64,000 nucleotides of DNA from Paraspadella gotoi (taxonomy: Eukaryota > Animalia > Chaetognatha). The notes under the pieces are model-generated. The model was not told the origin of the DNA. It saw only the letters and a program-made list of their open reading frames with translations, and did no database searches. How positions within the stretch are numbered: position 1 is the first letter of the stretch; every line of letters starts with the position of its first letter. The stretch covers positions 882-64,881 of the forward strand of contig JBJCIZ010000957.1 of assembly GCA_051294375.1 (NCBI GenBank). Reading direction: 5' to 3'. The position numbers and the translations under genes are program-made. This document shows, piece after piece, positions 1 to 13,799 of the stretch.

Positions 1-2152
1 TATACTAGATGACATCCTGGTGCGCACTCAAAGCATGAAGAAAACACATGCAAGATCTCACACTAGTGTTTGACACCCTGCAAGCAAATGGTTTAGTAGT
101 GAACAGGGCAAAATTGTACTGGGCGTACCAATCACTCGGACTTTCTCGGTTACCAGGTAGACGCAACAGGCGTCGAGGCCATTGGACACAAAAAAGTTGA
201 AACACTCAAAGCAATTCCCGCCCCCAGCCAACCATCAGTCCTCAAAGAGGTTCAAAGATACTTGGGCATGCTCAGCTACTACCGGCGTTTCATTCACAAC
301 ATCGCCGAGAGTCGGTACAATCACATTATACCAAAGCCTTAAAAGGCAACCCCTCGAGTCCTTAATGGACCGAGGAAATGACTCAAGCCTTCAACAAGTC
401 GAAAGAAGCTCTAGCAAACCGGCAACTATGCTTGTCCACCGAACAGCTTAGGAGCGGCAACGCCCCAGTCTGCCTGACCGTCGATGAGCAGGATCAACTG
501 ACGTCATCGGGTGCGTCCTGAGAGCAGAAGATTGGTGGTCAATGGCAACCTTGAGGCTTTTTCTCACTCCCAGGGGCACCGCTAGCGACAGAACCAGACA
601 AAGTGGCCACCATTTTGGACAACCTGGAACTGCCCTTGCCACACAAGCCGCACCCGCCGCTCGCGAAGATCCGGCACTTCAGGCCTTTGCCTGGAAGGGC
701 GCTACTTTGTTTGTTCCCCTGACCAGAAACAGCCTATTCCCCATGCGCATACGCAATAAATCTGAGCCACATCAATGCGTCCCAACAAATCATTATCTGC
801 CGCCCATCCTCCGAATACACAACAGACATTCGATACAATGAGGGCAAGGCATACGTGGTAGTGGAGCACACTATCAAGAATCATCAGCCCAGCAAGCAGT
901 GGCCCAGAACCTGAAGGATCATCAGGACCCTTCAGAAATGCCCTCTTTGGGTCGCACGGTCAACCGCCCCCAGAAGAGTTGGCCCGCAAGGCGTCCCGAT
1001 TTTTGCCGGCTTTAAGCCGGTGACCCAGAGTTCCGACGAGGAGATCCAGCGACTCCTGGCGGACGGCGCCACACCAGCCTGCGATTCAAGATAATATGCG
1101 CTGAACGACTTTGACATCATCTGTGATGTCAGTTCAGGCAGGGCGCGCGCCTTGGTTCCCACACAACTTGGCGCCGTCGAGTTTATGATGCCATCCACAA
1201 CCTAGCTGCACCGCGAGCGTCAGATGCACAAAAAAGCTGGTAACAAAGAGATTTGTTTGGCCACAAGCCGCGTCAGACGTGGCAAAATGGGCTCAGGCTT
1301 GCTCTTGACTGCCAGCGAGCAAGGTACAACGACACACCCAGGCTCCACTACAACTTTCGAAGCACCATCGAGGCGTTCGAACACATTCACATTGACTTGG
1401 TGGTCCCTTGCCACTCAGGCGGTTACACGTCACCTTTTCACCTGTGTAGACCGTTTTTCTCTGCTGGCCTGAAGCATATCCCCTTCGGGATATCTCCACA
1501 GTAACTGTAGCAACAGCCTTCCTTCAAGAACTGGATACGCCAGATTCGGTGTACCAGCCACGGTCACTTCCGACCGTGGAAACACAATTCACTTCTGAAT
1601 TGTGGCTATCAGCTGAGCCAAGCTATAATAGGCTACAAGCTCAACACCACACCAGCTTACCACCCGCAGGCGAACGGGATGGTCGAACGGTTTCACCGTA
1701 CCATGAAGGCATCATTGAAAGCGCGTTGTGATGCGTCCGGCGCAAATTGGTTCAATCAACTACCCTGGTCTTATTAGGACTCAGGTCCGCACCAAAAGAA
1801 GACCTACAAGCATCACCAGCAGAACTTGTATTCGGAGATACATAGCAGTCCCAGGCGAACTGGTAATGGTACACAGCCAACAAGAGCAAATGCCCAAAAT
1901 GAGCTGCAAAACTTGAGACATGACGTTGCATTGTTGAGACCAGTAGTTCTAGTTGGCACTAACAACCACTGTTCATCTTCCTCGCAGTCTTGCCTCAGCA
2001 AACTGGGTTTTTGTGCTCCGCGGCCAACAGGGTCACTCGCTAGCTACGCCTACTTGGGCCCTTACAAACTAGTCTCAAGAGATGACAAGACCTTCACAGT
2101 GGACATCCCTGGCCGAGGACAAGAGAGATCTCCATCGACAGGATCAAGCCAG
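1..2152 (+). pseudogene. Decayed Ty3/Gypsy LTR-retrotransposon pol (RT C-terminus, RNase H, integrase with GPY/F module)
   Basis: Frameshifted motifs: ILDDILV at 2-22 (RT YxDD), FEHIHIDLV (~1375), PAYHPQANGMVERFHRTMKASLKARC (~1652-1729), LGLRSAPKEDL..SPAELVFG, and YLGPYKLVSRDDKTFTVDIPG (~2050-2110). Many indels; no LTR seen in the window. Confidence 0.92.
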
Positions 2153-2359
2153 CAAAAGAAAGAAAAAGAAAAGAAAAAGAAAGAGAAAGAGAGAGAGAAA
2201 GAAAGAGAGAGAGAAAGAAAGAGAATAAATCCACGAAAATCTCGGATGTAAATTTGGGATTTTGCATGTGAAAAAATCGCGGAATAAATGGCGATAATAA
2301 AAGTTTTTAAAAGGAAAAAATTAATCAAAATTTTTCAAAAAACGATCACGCAGAGAGAT

Positions 2360-2398
<39 letters not shown>

Positions 2399-3440
2399 GA
2401 CAGAGAGAGACAGAAAGAGAAAGAGAGAGACAGACAGAGACAGAGAGAGAAAGCTGGACTGCCGCTGGAAGCAGCTAAACAGAGCCTCAACTCGTTTTTA
2501 AAGGGTTCAGAAAAGGCAGCAACTGAACAAAATAGGATTTTTTATTTTTTTTTATTTAATACCAAAAACAGTGTTCCACAATCATAAACAGTAACGGTGT
2601 AAAAGACTGGAAAACTAACCTACGTATTGAAATTCATAAAAACAAAAGATACTAACGTTTAAAAGAACTGAAAAACAAGTAAAAACTAACTACATATTGA
2701 AATTCATAAAAAACAAAAGACACTAACGTTTAAAATCATTAATAAATGTTATGAACTAATTCATAAGAAACTATAAAAAAATTAAAAACAATAACAAAAA
2801 AAAAATAAAAAAAAAGAACACTTAACGTTTAAAATGATTAATAAATGTTATGAACTAATTCATAAGAAACTATAAAAAAATAACGTTCAAGAAACATTCA
2901 AGGATCAAATATAAAAAATCATAAAACCGGAAAAAGTAAAAAACGAAAAATGTCAACAATAAAGGAAGCAAAGCAAAGCAAAGTAAAAAACGAAAATGTC
3001 AAGTATAAAAAGGAAGCAACATAAATGAAGTGTTTAATGCGTTTATTTTTCATATTTTATTTTTATTTTTCAATAATACTTAATGCTTAGTGTATAACAT
3101 ATATGTCGCGGTGCACAGTCTCGTGGAAAAGTTTATTCACGCTATTCTCATGCATTTTTTTACCTTGTGACCAAAATTTTTGCTTCTGTCTGATTACTAA
3201 CATATGCCTTATATTCGAACGAACATAGGCCTCTTTTTACCATGACTGTTTTTCATCAGTAAGATCGCAAAGATAATCAAAATATGTAAAAAATCAGGCT
3301 AAAAGTAGCTTAAAACGGTGACAAAATTTCTTACCATCGTTATTGTAATTGATCTGGGTTAAACTTGTTCATTAAAAAAAATTAATTCAAACTCAATTTA
3401 CTACTAGAGATCAAGAGCTATCTTTTAAACCTATTATTTT

Positions 3441-3590
3441 AGTCGGATCTGCTTTATCAGCAGATCCCGACTCTATAACTCACTTTTTCGGTCCGTCGGT
3501 CCGCCCCCTCAATATTGTCGGGCACACACTTATATCATAGTCAGAACATCGAATTATGATAAATTATGCAAAAAATGATGTCCGTTCCTC

Positions 3591-3625
<35 letters not shown>

Positions 3626-4257
3626 CGTCCGTCCGTCCGTCCGTCCGTCCGTCGTCCGTCCGTCCCTCCGTCCGTCCGTCCGTCCGTCCCGTCGTCCGTC
3701 CGCGTCCGTCCCTCCGTCCGCACCTTAGCAAAAACTCCAATTACCCGTGATTGGATGGATGGATTGGTATGAAATTTTGTGTGTGGGTAGGAAACTGTGT
3801 GATTGAGATGGATATGAAGTTTCGAGGGAATCGTGCGAGTGGAAATTGGTTTAAATGGAAAAAACAAAAAAATATATTTCACTATTTGCACGCCAATTGC
3901 TCATGAGTGGATAGTGCAATTGACTTGAAATTTTGTATGATGGTAGGAAAGTGTGTGATTGAGCCGGATATAAGTTTCGATGAAATCGTGGCGAGTGGAA
4001 ATGAGTTAAAATGGAAAAAACAAAAGTCATATTTACTTGAAGTATTTTTACTTTAAATTTACTCATAATTATTTTGTTTTATTAAAAATTGGATAGATAA
4101 ATCGAAATTGATTTTTGTGTGTGGGTAGGAAAGTATGTGATAAAAGCTGGAATAAAAATTTTTTGATGGAATCGTAGGAGTGGAAAAGAGTTCAAATTAG
4201 AAACCAAAAGACACATTTATTTGAATTTTTTTAAAAGTTTTCTCTCTCTCTCTTCTC

Positions 4258-4288
<31 letters not shown>

Positions 4289-5445
4289 CCAAATTATGCT
4301 AATTGACCAAATTATGCCAGTTGACCAATTCTGCAAGTTAATCAAGTTTTGCAAGTTGACCAAATTATGCCTGTTGACCAATTAGGCTAGTTGATAAAAT
4401 TATGCCAGTTAAACCAAATTATGCCGGTTGACCAAAATTATCTTAATTGATCAAATTTATGTCAGTTGAACCAAATTATGTCAGTGACCAAATTATGTCA
4501 GTAGACCAATTATGTCAGTTAACCAAATTATGTCAGTTACCAAATTATGACAAATTAATGCAAGTTGATTAATTATGCAAGTTGACCAAGATAGCTTATT
4601 ACCACTTAATTAATCGATTGACCTGGAATTTTGTATGTGAGTAGAAAAGTGTGTGATTGAACAGGAAACCAAGTTTCGATGGAATCTTTTGAGTGGAAAT
4701 GAGTTTAAATGGAAAAACAAAAAACCTGTTTCACTAATTGATTATGCTTCTTTTTTCCTTTATATTAAATGTATATGCAGGATGTATTAATAAGTCAAAT
4801 AATTAATCAGTTAATTAAATCAATTGTCAATCATTAATTAATCAATAATTAATTAATCAGTCAATCAATCCGTCCATCCGTTCCCACCTTAGCAAAAAGC
4901 TCCAATAACTCGTGGATTGGCTGGTTGGATTGAAATGAAATTTTGTGTGTGGGTAGGAAAGTGTGTGAATAAAGCTGGATATAAAGTTTCGACGGAATCG
5001 TGTGAGTGGAAATGAGTTTAAGTGGAAAAAACATAAGTCGCATTTACTAAAATCTTTTTACTTTTTTTAACCAATAAAGTACTTACTAATTAAATCATAA
5101 TTGGATGATAGATTTGAGTTCAAATTTTTGTGTGGGTGAAAAATGTGTATCGATGCTTGATATTAAAGTTTCGGGTGGAAACGTACGAGTGGAATGAGTT
5201 TAAATGAAAAAAAATATGAGTCACATTTACTTGAATCTTTTTACTTATTTTAACCCATAATAGATTGAGATGAAATTTTGTGAGCGGGTAGGAAAGTGTG
5301 TGAAAAAGCTAGATATAAAGTTTTGACGGAAATTGTGCCAGTGGAAATGAGTTTAAATGAAAAAAAAAAAAAAGTCACATTTACTTGAAGCAGAAAAATG
5401 ATACAAGTTAAAAAAATCCTAAAAGCATAAGGATCGTCGCAATTG

Positions 5446-5500
<55 letters not shown>

Positions 5501-6393
5501 CAGTAAAATGAGCATAAGGATCGTCGCAATTTCAAAGAGAGAGAGAGAGAGAGAGAGAGAAGAGAAGAGAGAGAGAGAGAAAGATAGAAGAAGAGAGAGT
5601 CCGAGATAAAAATTAGCGAATAAAAAGTTGTTATTTTACTCACTGAATAAAAATACTTAAAATACTTACAAAATACATAAAATTGATAAATTATTATTCC
5701 GATAACATTGTTTAATCACATGCAATATATCTAGTAAGGCCTAATATCTAGTAAGGCGGGCCAAAATTGAACACTTTTAATAACTTCTAGTTCTCTTTAA
5801 ATTTTTTTTTCCTTTTACTATACTATCGATTTTCAATATAACTTTTTGAATTAGTTCATTGGGTTGTTGCACTGAAGCTTTTAAATATTTATTAATATAT
5901 AATAATATATAAAGTATTGACGGAATTGTGCCAGGGAAAATGGTTTAGATGGAAAAAACATAAGTCACATTTACTTGAATCTTTAATATTAATGATTACT
6001 AATAAATGTTTTAATTAATTAATGAATTAATTAATTAATTAATGTGAAAAAATGATGCAAGTTTAAAAAAATCTGAAAAGCATAAAAGATCGTCGCAATT
6101 GCAGAAAAAGAGAGAGAGAGAGAGAGAGAAGAGAGAGAGAGTGAGTGAGAGAGAGGAGAGAAGGAGACATAAAATAAAAAGAGGATATTTGTTTGTTTTG
6201 ATAAAATGTAAACAAAACATATTTAATAACTGTCCTAACCAATTTTAAGGACATCGATGATGATAAGTTGAATATAAATTTAAAATTAATTATTACATAT
6301 TAAAATTAATTAATTAATTAATTAATTAATCGATTAAATTAATTAATTAATTAATTATGTAGGCAGATCCGACATTGTTTGCTCAAACTTGTT
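3441..6393 (+). mobile_element. DINE-1/HINE-like non-autonomous Helentron derivative, family A (complete copy)
   Basis: 5' end TTTT|AGTCGGATCTGC..GCAGATCCCGACT (subTIR plus adjacent inverted copy); (GTCY)n microsatellite ~3590-3720; internal ~170-bp and ~19-bp tandem repeats; 3' end GCAGATCCGAC + hairpin GTTTG-CT-CAAAC + CTTGT|TT. This matches established DINE-1/HINE architecture. Confidence 0.8.
4288..4590 (+). repeat. ~19-bp minisatellite (GACCAAATTATGCCAGTT-like) inside the HINE
   Basis: Repeated gaccaaattatg(c/t)cagtt units are visible. Confidence 0.85.
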
Positions 6394-6466
6394 TCATTAT
6401 TGATTAATTAATTGATTAATTAACTGATTATTTATTTGATTAATTAATATATCTTGTATTTTAAAT

Positions 6467-7183
6467 TGGATCTGCCCACAGTCATTATTGGTAATTAATT
6501 AATTAATTAATAATTAATTAATTAATTAAAGTTAATTAATTATTTAATTAAATAATTATTTAAGTTAATTATTTAATTAATTAGGCAAATAATTAATTTT
6601 ATACAAAATGTTTGTTTTGATTGATTAATTGACTGATTAATTAATTATTGATAAATTAATTGACTAATTGATTAATTAACTGATTAATTATTTTATTAAT
6701 TAATACATCTTGCATTTACATTTAAAAAAAAAGAAACATAATCAATTAGTGAAACAGGTTCTTTTTTTTTCCATTTAAACTCATTTCCACTCAAACGATT
6801 CCATCGAAACTTGATTAATCGCCCCATCCACTCATGAGTAATTGGTGTTCAAATAGTGAAATAATTTTTTTTGTTTTTTCCATATAAACTCATTTCCACT
6901 TGGACGATTCCATCGAAACTTCATATCCAGCTCAAGCACACACTTCCCTACCCAAACACAAAATATCATTCCAATCCATCCATCCAATCACGAGTAATTG
7001 GTATTTTTTGCTAAGGTGGGACGGACGGACGGACGGACGGACATCGTTTTTTTTTTTGGATAATTTATCATAATTCGATGTTCTGACATGATATAAGTGA
7101 ATGCTCTTCAAGGTTGAGCGGGCGGACCGACGGACCGACAAAGTGAATTATAGAGTCGGGATCTGCTGAAAGCAGATCAGACG
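6467..7183 (-). mobile_element. HINE family A copy, partial, minus strand
   Basis: Reverse complement of the family A 5' end (GAGTCGGGATCTGCTGAAAGCAGATCAGAC, ~7153-7182), a (GGAC)n tract and the 170-bp module. Confidence 0.75.
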
Positions 7184-7189
7184 AAAAAT

Positions 7190-7853
7190 AAAAACTGATA
7201 AAAACTGATCAGCAGACGCAGAACCTGAAAAAAAAAGAGAGAAAGAAAGAGAGAGAGAGAGTGAGACAGAGAGAGAGAGGGAGAAAGCGCCAGCAGCAGA
7301 GGCAGCCAGAAAAAAAGAAAGAAATCAAAAGGCAGCAGCAGAAGCAGCAGGAGAAAAGAGAGAAAAAGAAAGAGCCCCTGCAGAGCCAGCTGCAGATACG
7401 TTTTTTTTCCGATGAATCAGCACTGGGGAAAAGAGAGAGAGAGATAGCTAATATATAATTAATATATAATATATAATATAATATATAATAATATATATTA
7501 TATATAATATATTATAATATTATATATTATATATTATATAATTATATTATTATTATTATTATTATTATTATATTATATATATTATATAATAATATTATAA
7601 TATATTATAATATATATTATATATAATATATATAATTAAAAGAGAATAGAGAGAGAGGAGACATTAAAATAAAATAAGGAAATTTGTTTATTTTGATAAA
7701 ATGTAAACAAAACATATTTAATAACTGTCCTCACCCAATTTCAAGGACCTCGATGATGAGAAGCTGTATATATACAACAACAACGACGACGACGCCATTT
7801 ATGTGCGAAACCACAGCAAAATCATTGTAAACGCAGAGCGATTGCGACGATAA
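7190..7853 (-). mobile_element. Second HINE-like family (terminus ATCGTCGCAATCGC); related copy at ~15230-15773
   Basis: Ends ...GCGATTGCGACGATAAAA at ~7838-7855 and ~15758-15777. The latter has an adjacent inverted copy ATCGTCGCAAACGC. Both share the CCCCTGCAGAGCCAGCTGCAGA and (GAC)n modules. Confidence 0.55.
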
Positions 7854-8649
7854 AAATAAAAATTAAATTAATAAACTAAAATTGATCTTTACTTTTTTTA
7901 ATTAAACCTACTTCCACTAGCCTGATTCCGTTGAAACTTGAATTCCAGCTCAATGAACTAGTTTTTTAATCACCGTCAAAATTTCAACTCAATTGATTTA
8001 TCCAAACATAAATAATAAGGCTTTAAAGATACGGGAGAAAAGATGGACAGACAGACAGATGGACAGACAAATGTTTAAAGTGTTTGATATCAAACGACAG
8101 CTTAAACAAAGGAGATTCTGACTGCATTGTTTTTTAAGAGATATGTTGTTCACACATTATACAATAAACCAATCTTCTTTTTAGTTTGAATTCTGACGGC
8201 ATTTATGTATTTAACTGTATCTTGAGAGCATTAAAAGATTTTGCATTAATTTTTATACATAACATTCACGGAGTAATGACCTAGGATGAGAAACAATAAA
8301 ATGAAAAAATCAATAATGAAATTTTTTTTAAACTACATAGTTTATTCTACGAGACTGTACATCGCGTCATATCCAAAAATGTATAATTATAATGTGTTAA
8401 AGTAAAGGGCAGAGGGACCACAATGCTATTTATAGTAATAAAAAACTACAATCAATATATATATATATACACATATATATGTATATAAAATATAAAAATA
8501 ATAAAAATATAAAATAGGAAAAAAATCTATATATAATTTAAAGAAATAAAAGAAAGGAAAAAAAATGTTACAATTGTTTACAATTGAAAATTTTGACAAT
8601 TTTTTCCAATCATAGCTTGTAAAAGATTTTAATTTTATTTGTATTAAAA

Positions 8650-8930
8650 TTAAGATATAGCTTCTCATTAAAAAGGTCTTTAGATTTCACATGTTTTTTA
8701 TTGATTCAAAGATTTGTTTATGAATTTCATCTTCAAAATTATTTACTGCAATATGTAAATTAGATTAAAGCATTTCTATATACTAATTTGGATATTATAA
8801 TGAGTACTATAATCTCATTTGCATATTGCAGTAAATCATAATGAAGTGGAAATCAAACAAAAAATACTGGAATCCAAATGTATTATGAAAATTTCAGAGC
8901 TATTTCAAGATGAGAAGCCATATCTAAATT
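8650..8930. repeat. Imperfect foldback (inverted repeat), centre ~8790
   Basis: GATATAGCTTCTCAT pairs with ATGAGAAGCCATATC; TTTACTGCAATATGTAAAT pairs with ATTTGCATATTGCAGTAAA. Confidence 0.6.
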
Positions 8931-11052
8931 TTTAACATACTATGATCGCACACTTTTATAAAACTTTATTCTAATTTATAATAATTTTTATTTAAAAAAA
9001 ACGGTAAGTCCCAGCCAAAACTATAAAAGCGTAGTAGTTTTTATATAAAAATACGTGACGCCGACGCCGACGACGACGACGACGTCACAAAGAAGCTCAC
9101 CCGAATCAATATCGGTAGGCTCGATAAAAAAGTAACTGAGAGATTGTTTCATAATAACAAAGGTAACAACATTGAAACTATAAACAGAACGTTTTTATTG
9201 CGACGAGGAAAAAAATTTATTGGAAGTCTGGAGGAAATATTCAGACAAACCGGTCAAGCACATTTTCGTGGAACGTACGACGACTGGAGTAAAAAGGAGA
9301 AGTAATAAAGCCGTTTGTACTTGGTACGGTAAATAGTTTTTATTGTATCAGGTGATTGAATGAAAAATTGGAAAAAGAATAACCAAAAAATTGACTGAGC
9401 GTCGCTTGAGAAGTGGTGTGGACCATTTTTCCCTCTCCACTAGATTGGTCGACGACATATAGAGGTGAAAAAAAACCAAGTGGACTCACGAAGCATTTAC
9501 CAACCCAACGTTCAAACAAACCGTCGCTGCTCTTCTCTCTTTTTTTCCCCCCAATTCCGGCCTTTTTGGGACCCTCAACGCTTCCACCATCCTTCCACTC
9601 ATCCCCAACCCCCTTCCACCCTCCTCTCAATTCCCTTCCACGGTTCCACCACTTTTTAACTCCCCTTCCACTCCCCGAAGACCCCCCTAAGACACACTTC
9701 TAACATACCACTCTCTCTTCCTCTTTTTCATCGTCTCGTTTTGTTTTGTTTTATCGCCCGAATTTGGATTGCCTCTTCGACAATAACGATAACAACAATC
9801 GCAATAACCGGCCTAATGAGAGTCGCTTTTTAGATCATAAATCCCAATTTGTTTCCAATTCACTCGATAAGCGCCCCATTTCAAGTTAAGTTCAGAATTA
9901 AATTAGTTTCCATGTTTAAAATATTAAAAATTTAAAAGTTAAGGATTATGGAAAGGGATTAAGATTCCGGATTAGGATTAGGATTTAAGGTTAGGGATTG
10001 AGGATTAAGGATTGGTTCATGGATTTGATAAAAGATTGAGGTTAGATAATAGATATTATAGTATTACGGAGCGTAATTGGGCCCTTTCGGAAAATAGTGC
10101 CACAACTCTTTTTTTTAACTTTTCAACAACCCCTCCTTTTCAACATCCTCTCCTTTTCAACACCCCACTCCCCATCTGTCTCACCTTGACGACCAGTTCA
10201 TGGCACTCGATGGATGCAGAAACGTGAGCGACATCGCGTCTCTACTTCCGGCGTCGTGAGCCTCCGCCGCCGGCGCCGCATGACGCGTGTCGGCGCCGCC
10301 GTTCGCCCCGGTGTTGGCGAAAGAATCGCCGGAGGGGGGCGTCTCGACAATGGAGAGGAGGGCGCGCTCGTCGGAACCTGGGAAAAAGAAGGGGGGCAGT
10401 TGGGGGGCGGGATGGGGATTGGGGAGAGGTGTAAGTGGATGAGAGAAAAAGAAAAAACGGAGAAATAAACGGACTAGAAGACAGACACTTTTCTAATTAT
10501 CGAGTTTTCTGATTGAAGATTAAACTCCGTCAGGTTTCTGCTTTCTTTTCCATGACGGCATTTAACTTATCTTATTACTTACATAAAAAAAACTCGTTAC
10601 CACCTCAAATTCGTGTCAGCTTTTAAGAAAAGCTCCTTTCCCGTCTACGTCACCCTAACTCTCCAACACACGTTTTAAAAATGGGGGAAAGAAAAATCTT
10701 TACTCCTGAGAAAAAAAATTCCCTCAAAGCAATTTTGACGGGTGACCTCTGGAATGACCTCGAGTATTTTCGTTTCGTTCTCGAAGGTTTTATGTTTTCT
10801 TTGCTCGACAAAGGCACGGAGGTTTGTTATTTGTTATTACTCGTTGTTAATTATATTTACATTCTTATGATTAATGATAATGATATAGTAAAGAGTTCAA
10901 AACAATTAATTACGCTACGTAATTTCGTTGGAAAGCCAATCTTTTAAACGTATTCTTCTTAATTTTTAAATTTCGGCGCCCTACCACGAAAATCTGCTTC
11001 TCCGAAAAATATTTTAGATTTTAAATTGAAATTGAAAAAACGGCGCCTAATA

Positions 11053-11930
11053 AAACAAGTTTGAGCAAACAATGTCGGATCTGCCCACGATCATTATCGT
11101 TAATTAAATAATTAATAATTAATTAATTAATAAATAATTCAAGTTAATTAATTAATTAGTCAATTAAATAAGCGGCTGTCTAACTTTCTCTCTCTCTGTC
11201 TCTCTCTCTCTCTGTCTCTCTCTCTCTTTCTGTGTCTCTCTCTCTCTGTCTCTCTCTCTGACTATCTCTGTCTCTCTCTGTCCGATCTCTTGTCCGTCTC
11301 TCTTTCTCTCTCTCTCTCACTCATACACACGTTTGTTTGTTGGTCAGATTAGCTTATCAGCAGATTCCGACTCTATAATTCACTTTGTCGGTCCGTCGGT
11401 CCCACCCCAATATATTGTCGGTAAATCTTTATTATTATATCAGAACCGCGAATTATGATAAATTATGCTAAAAAAATAATGTCCGTCCGTCCGTCTGTCC
11501 GTCCCCCCTTAGCAAAAAACTCCAATTACTCGTGATTGGATGGATGGATTGGTATGAAAATTTGTGTGTGGGAAGGAAACTGTGTGATTGAGAGGGATAT
11601 GAAGTTTCGATGGAATCGTGCGAGTGGAAATTGGTTTAAATGGAAAAAACAAAAACATCTATTTCACTATTTGAACGCCAATTGCTCATGAGTGGATAGG
11701 GCAATTGACTTGAAATTGTGTATAATGGTAGGAAAGTGTGTGATTGAGCTGGATATAAAGTTTCGATGGAATCGTGCGAGTGGAAATGATTTAAAATGGA
11801 AAAAACAGAAGTCATATTTACTTGAAATATTTTTACTTAAATCAGAATTTTTCAAAAAACGAACGATCACGCAAGAGATCGTACAGAGAGAGACAGACAC
11901 ACACACAAAGAGAGAGAGACAGACAGAGTG
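11053..11930. mobile_element. HINE family A fragments (minus-strand 3' end at 11053-11090; plus-strand 5' part from ~11342)
   Basis: ACAAGTTTGAGCAAACAATGTCGGATCTGCC at ~11055; GCAGATTCCGACTCTATAATTC, (GTCC)n and two 170-bp modules from 11342. Confidence 0.75.
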
Positions 11931-13628
11931 TAGAAAATGTTTATTATTTTCTATGCCACGAGGGTCGCGCGTTCGATTCGTCGGCTGTAGGTTAAACTGG
12001 CTTTAACATAGAGCAGGCAGTGTCTACGAAACGCCTTTCTTAAACCATTAATTTCTAACTGTAAAAATTACTACTTTTTAATGTTTTGTTTAATTCTTCA
12101 GGTCATTCTTAACTTTAAAAATCGGTTTGGAATAGTTATCTCTCTATCATAAAGCACAACGCGATGTTGCTTATTCTAGGACCGAAATCGAGTGTTTTTA
12201 TATCTATTTTTTATCTGAATTTTTCCCAGGGGCGTTGATTTTAACGAAAATCTCCATTGAAAAAGTCTTCCTTGATTTCTTAATTTATTCCCAAATTTAC
12301 ATCCGAGATTTTCGTGGATTTTTTTCCCTAAAAATTTTAAATATCAATCAGAATAATATTTTTTTAAATATATATTTATTTCACATTGTCTTTTGTCTGG
12401 GAATGTTGACAGTGTTTAGAGAGGTCGCATTCGATCAAACTGCTCGCTTATGCAGGCTAAAAGTAAAACAAAAGTACCTTCAATAATATCTTTCCAGATT
12501 TAGCACTTGCTAAAAATTAAACTAACAAATAAGTTATTTTATTGTTTTATATTTATTATTCTTTATTTTATTTATTTTTTTATTTTATTTTTTTTTCTTA
12601 AATTTTATTTTTATTTTCTTTATTTTTCTCAAAATTGATTTTTTTAGTATCAAAATTTGTCGTCAATCCAGATTTTTCTTATGCGATTGCGACGATCCTT
12701 ATGCTTTTAAGATTTTTTTCTTCGTTTATTTTTTGCGTCGTTGTCGTCCGTCGTAGTAATGTCGTCTACCGACTCGTTTATTTTCGTTTGGCTCAAACGA
12801 GGGAAAAAAAACCCCGGGTGATACTCGACCAACTACGCTTAGGTTTAATGAAACATCGCTTAAAGAAGCAGGAATACTTAACAGTTAACACTTTATTATT
12901 CCAAAAAATGTTTTCGTCATCAAACATTTATTTAAGTTTCTAATGCGCTCAAAGATTTTTTTCACTGAGTAAATATATATATATATATAAATAATTATAT
13001 ATATATCCTCTGTTTTTTTATTTTTTATCTTTTTTTTTTTGGTTTCAATAAAAACGGTTTTTAAAACCCCTTTTTGCCTTCCCGAGTCCTGTATATCAGT
13101 TTTCAAATAATCGATTATGGATAATATAATTTTTGCGCTTAGTCATAAAAAAAGGAAACACCAAAAGTTTTAAATAGTAATTTTTTCTAGGTCGAGGAGG
13201 AAGAGGAGGAGAAAGATGAGGAAGAAAAGGAGAAGGAGGAGAAGAGGATGATGGAAGAGAGGCATTGAAAGAAGCAAAAAATACATGATTTCCGGTGGAT
13301 TTTCATAAATATTCACATGAAAACCGAATCGAACCAAAAACGCTATCAACGGCGACGTAAATAGCAACCCCCCAAAAAAAATCGCCATTTAAACGCCGTC
13401 GGAACGCAGCTGGCGATTTGGCGCGACGCGTGATATTGCCTCAACGTTTTCTACCCTATTTTTTTAAAACCCCAACTCCGGGGATAATATAAAATTTCGA
13501 CTATTAGAAAAGTTATTTTAGTTGTCTTGAATAAATATTTAAGCAATCATTTTCAAAAAAAATCTATATTATACGTCTTGATTAATACATATTTTCGTAT
13601 ACGTATTTTCACAAAACAATTTTTCTAT

Positions 13629-13671
13629 GACGCTGAAGAAGGCTTGTAACTAAAGCCGAAACATGTACGTC
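13629..13671 (+). ncRNA. Minimal type I hammerhead ribozyme in a PLE pLTR relic (~13560-13762)
   Basis: GACG-CTGAAGA-A-GGCTT(GTAACTA)AAGCC-GAAA-CATG-TA-CGTC: complete core, stems I and II, palindromic stem III. Followed by AATAAA and a tail CAACGAAAAGAAAGG..ATG. Confidence 0.85.
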
Positions 13672-13799
13672 CTTATGTACTAATAAAATCGTTGTTGCAA
13701 ATAAACTCAAACTTATTTCTACTAATCCAAACACAACGAAAAGAAAGGAAATTTCGCTATGCCGAAATTGTCATAGAAAAAATTATAAGTTATCATAAA

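Noticed and set aside
2062-2587. ERERER, SLSLSL and SVRPSVRP ORFs throughout the window
   Set aside because: Products of (AG)n and (GTCC)n microsatellites.
3770-5390. Regularly recurring conserved blocks resembling a CRISPR array
   Set aside because: These are ~170-bp degenerate tandem units with homologous intervening sequence in a eukaryotic TE; no cas genes.
10214-10468. GC-rich patch and ORF as a host gene or promoter (similar patch at ~62030-62150)
   Set aside because: No recognisable domain, splice pattern or RNA motif; it cannot be supported from sequence alone.
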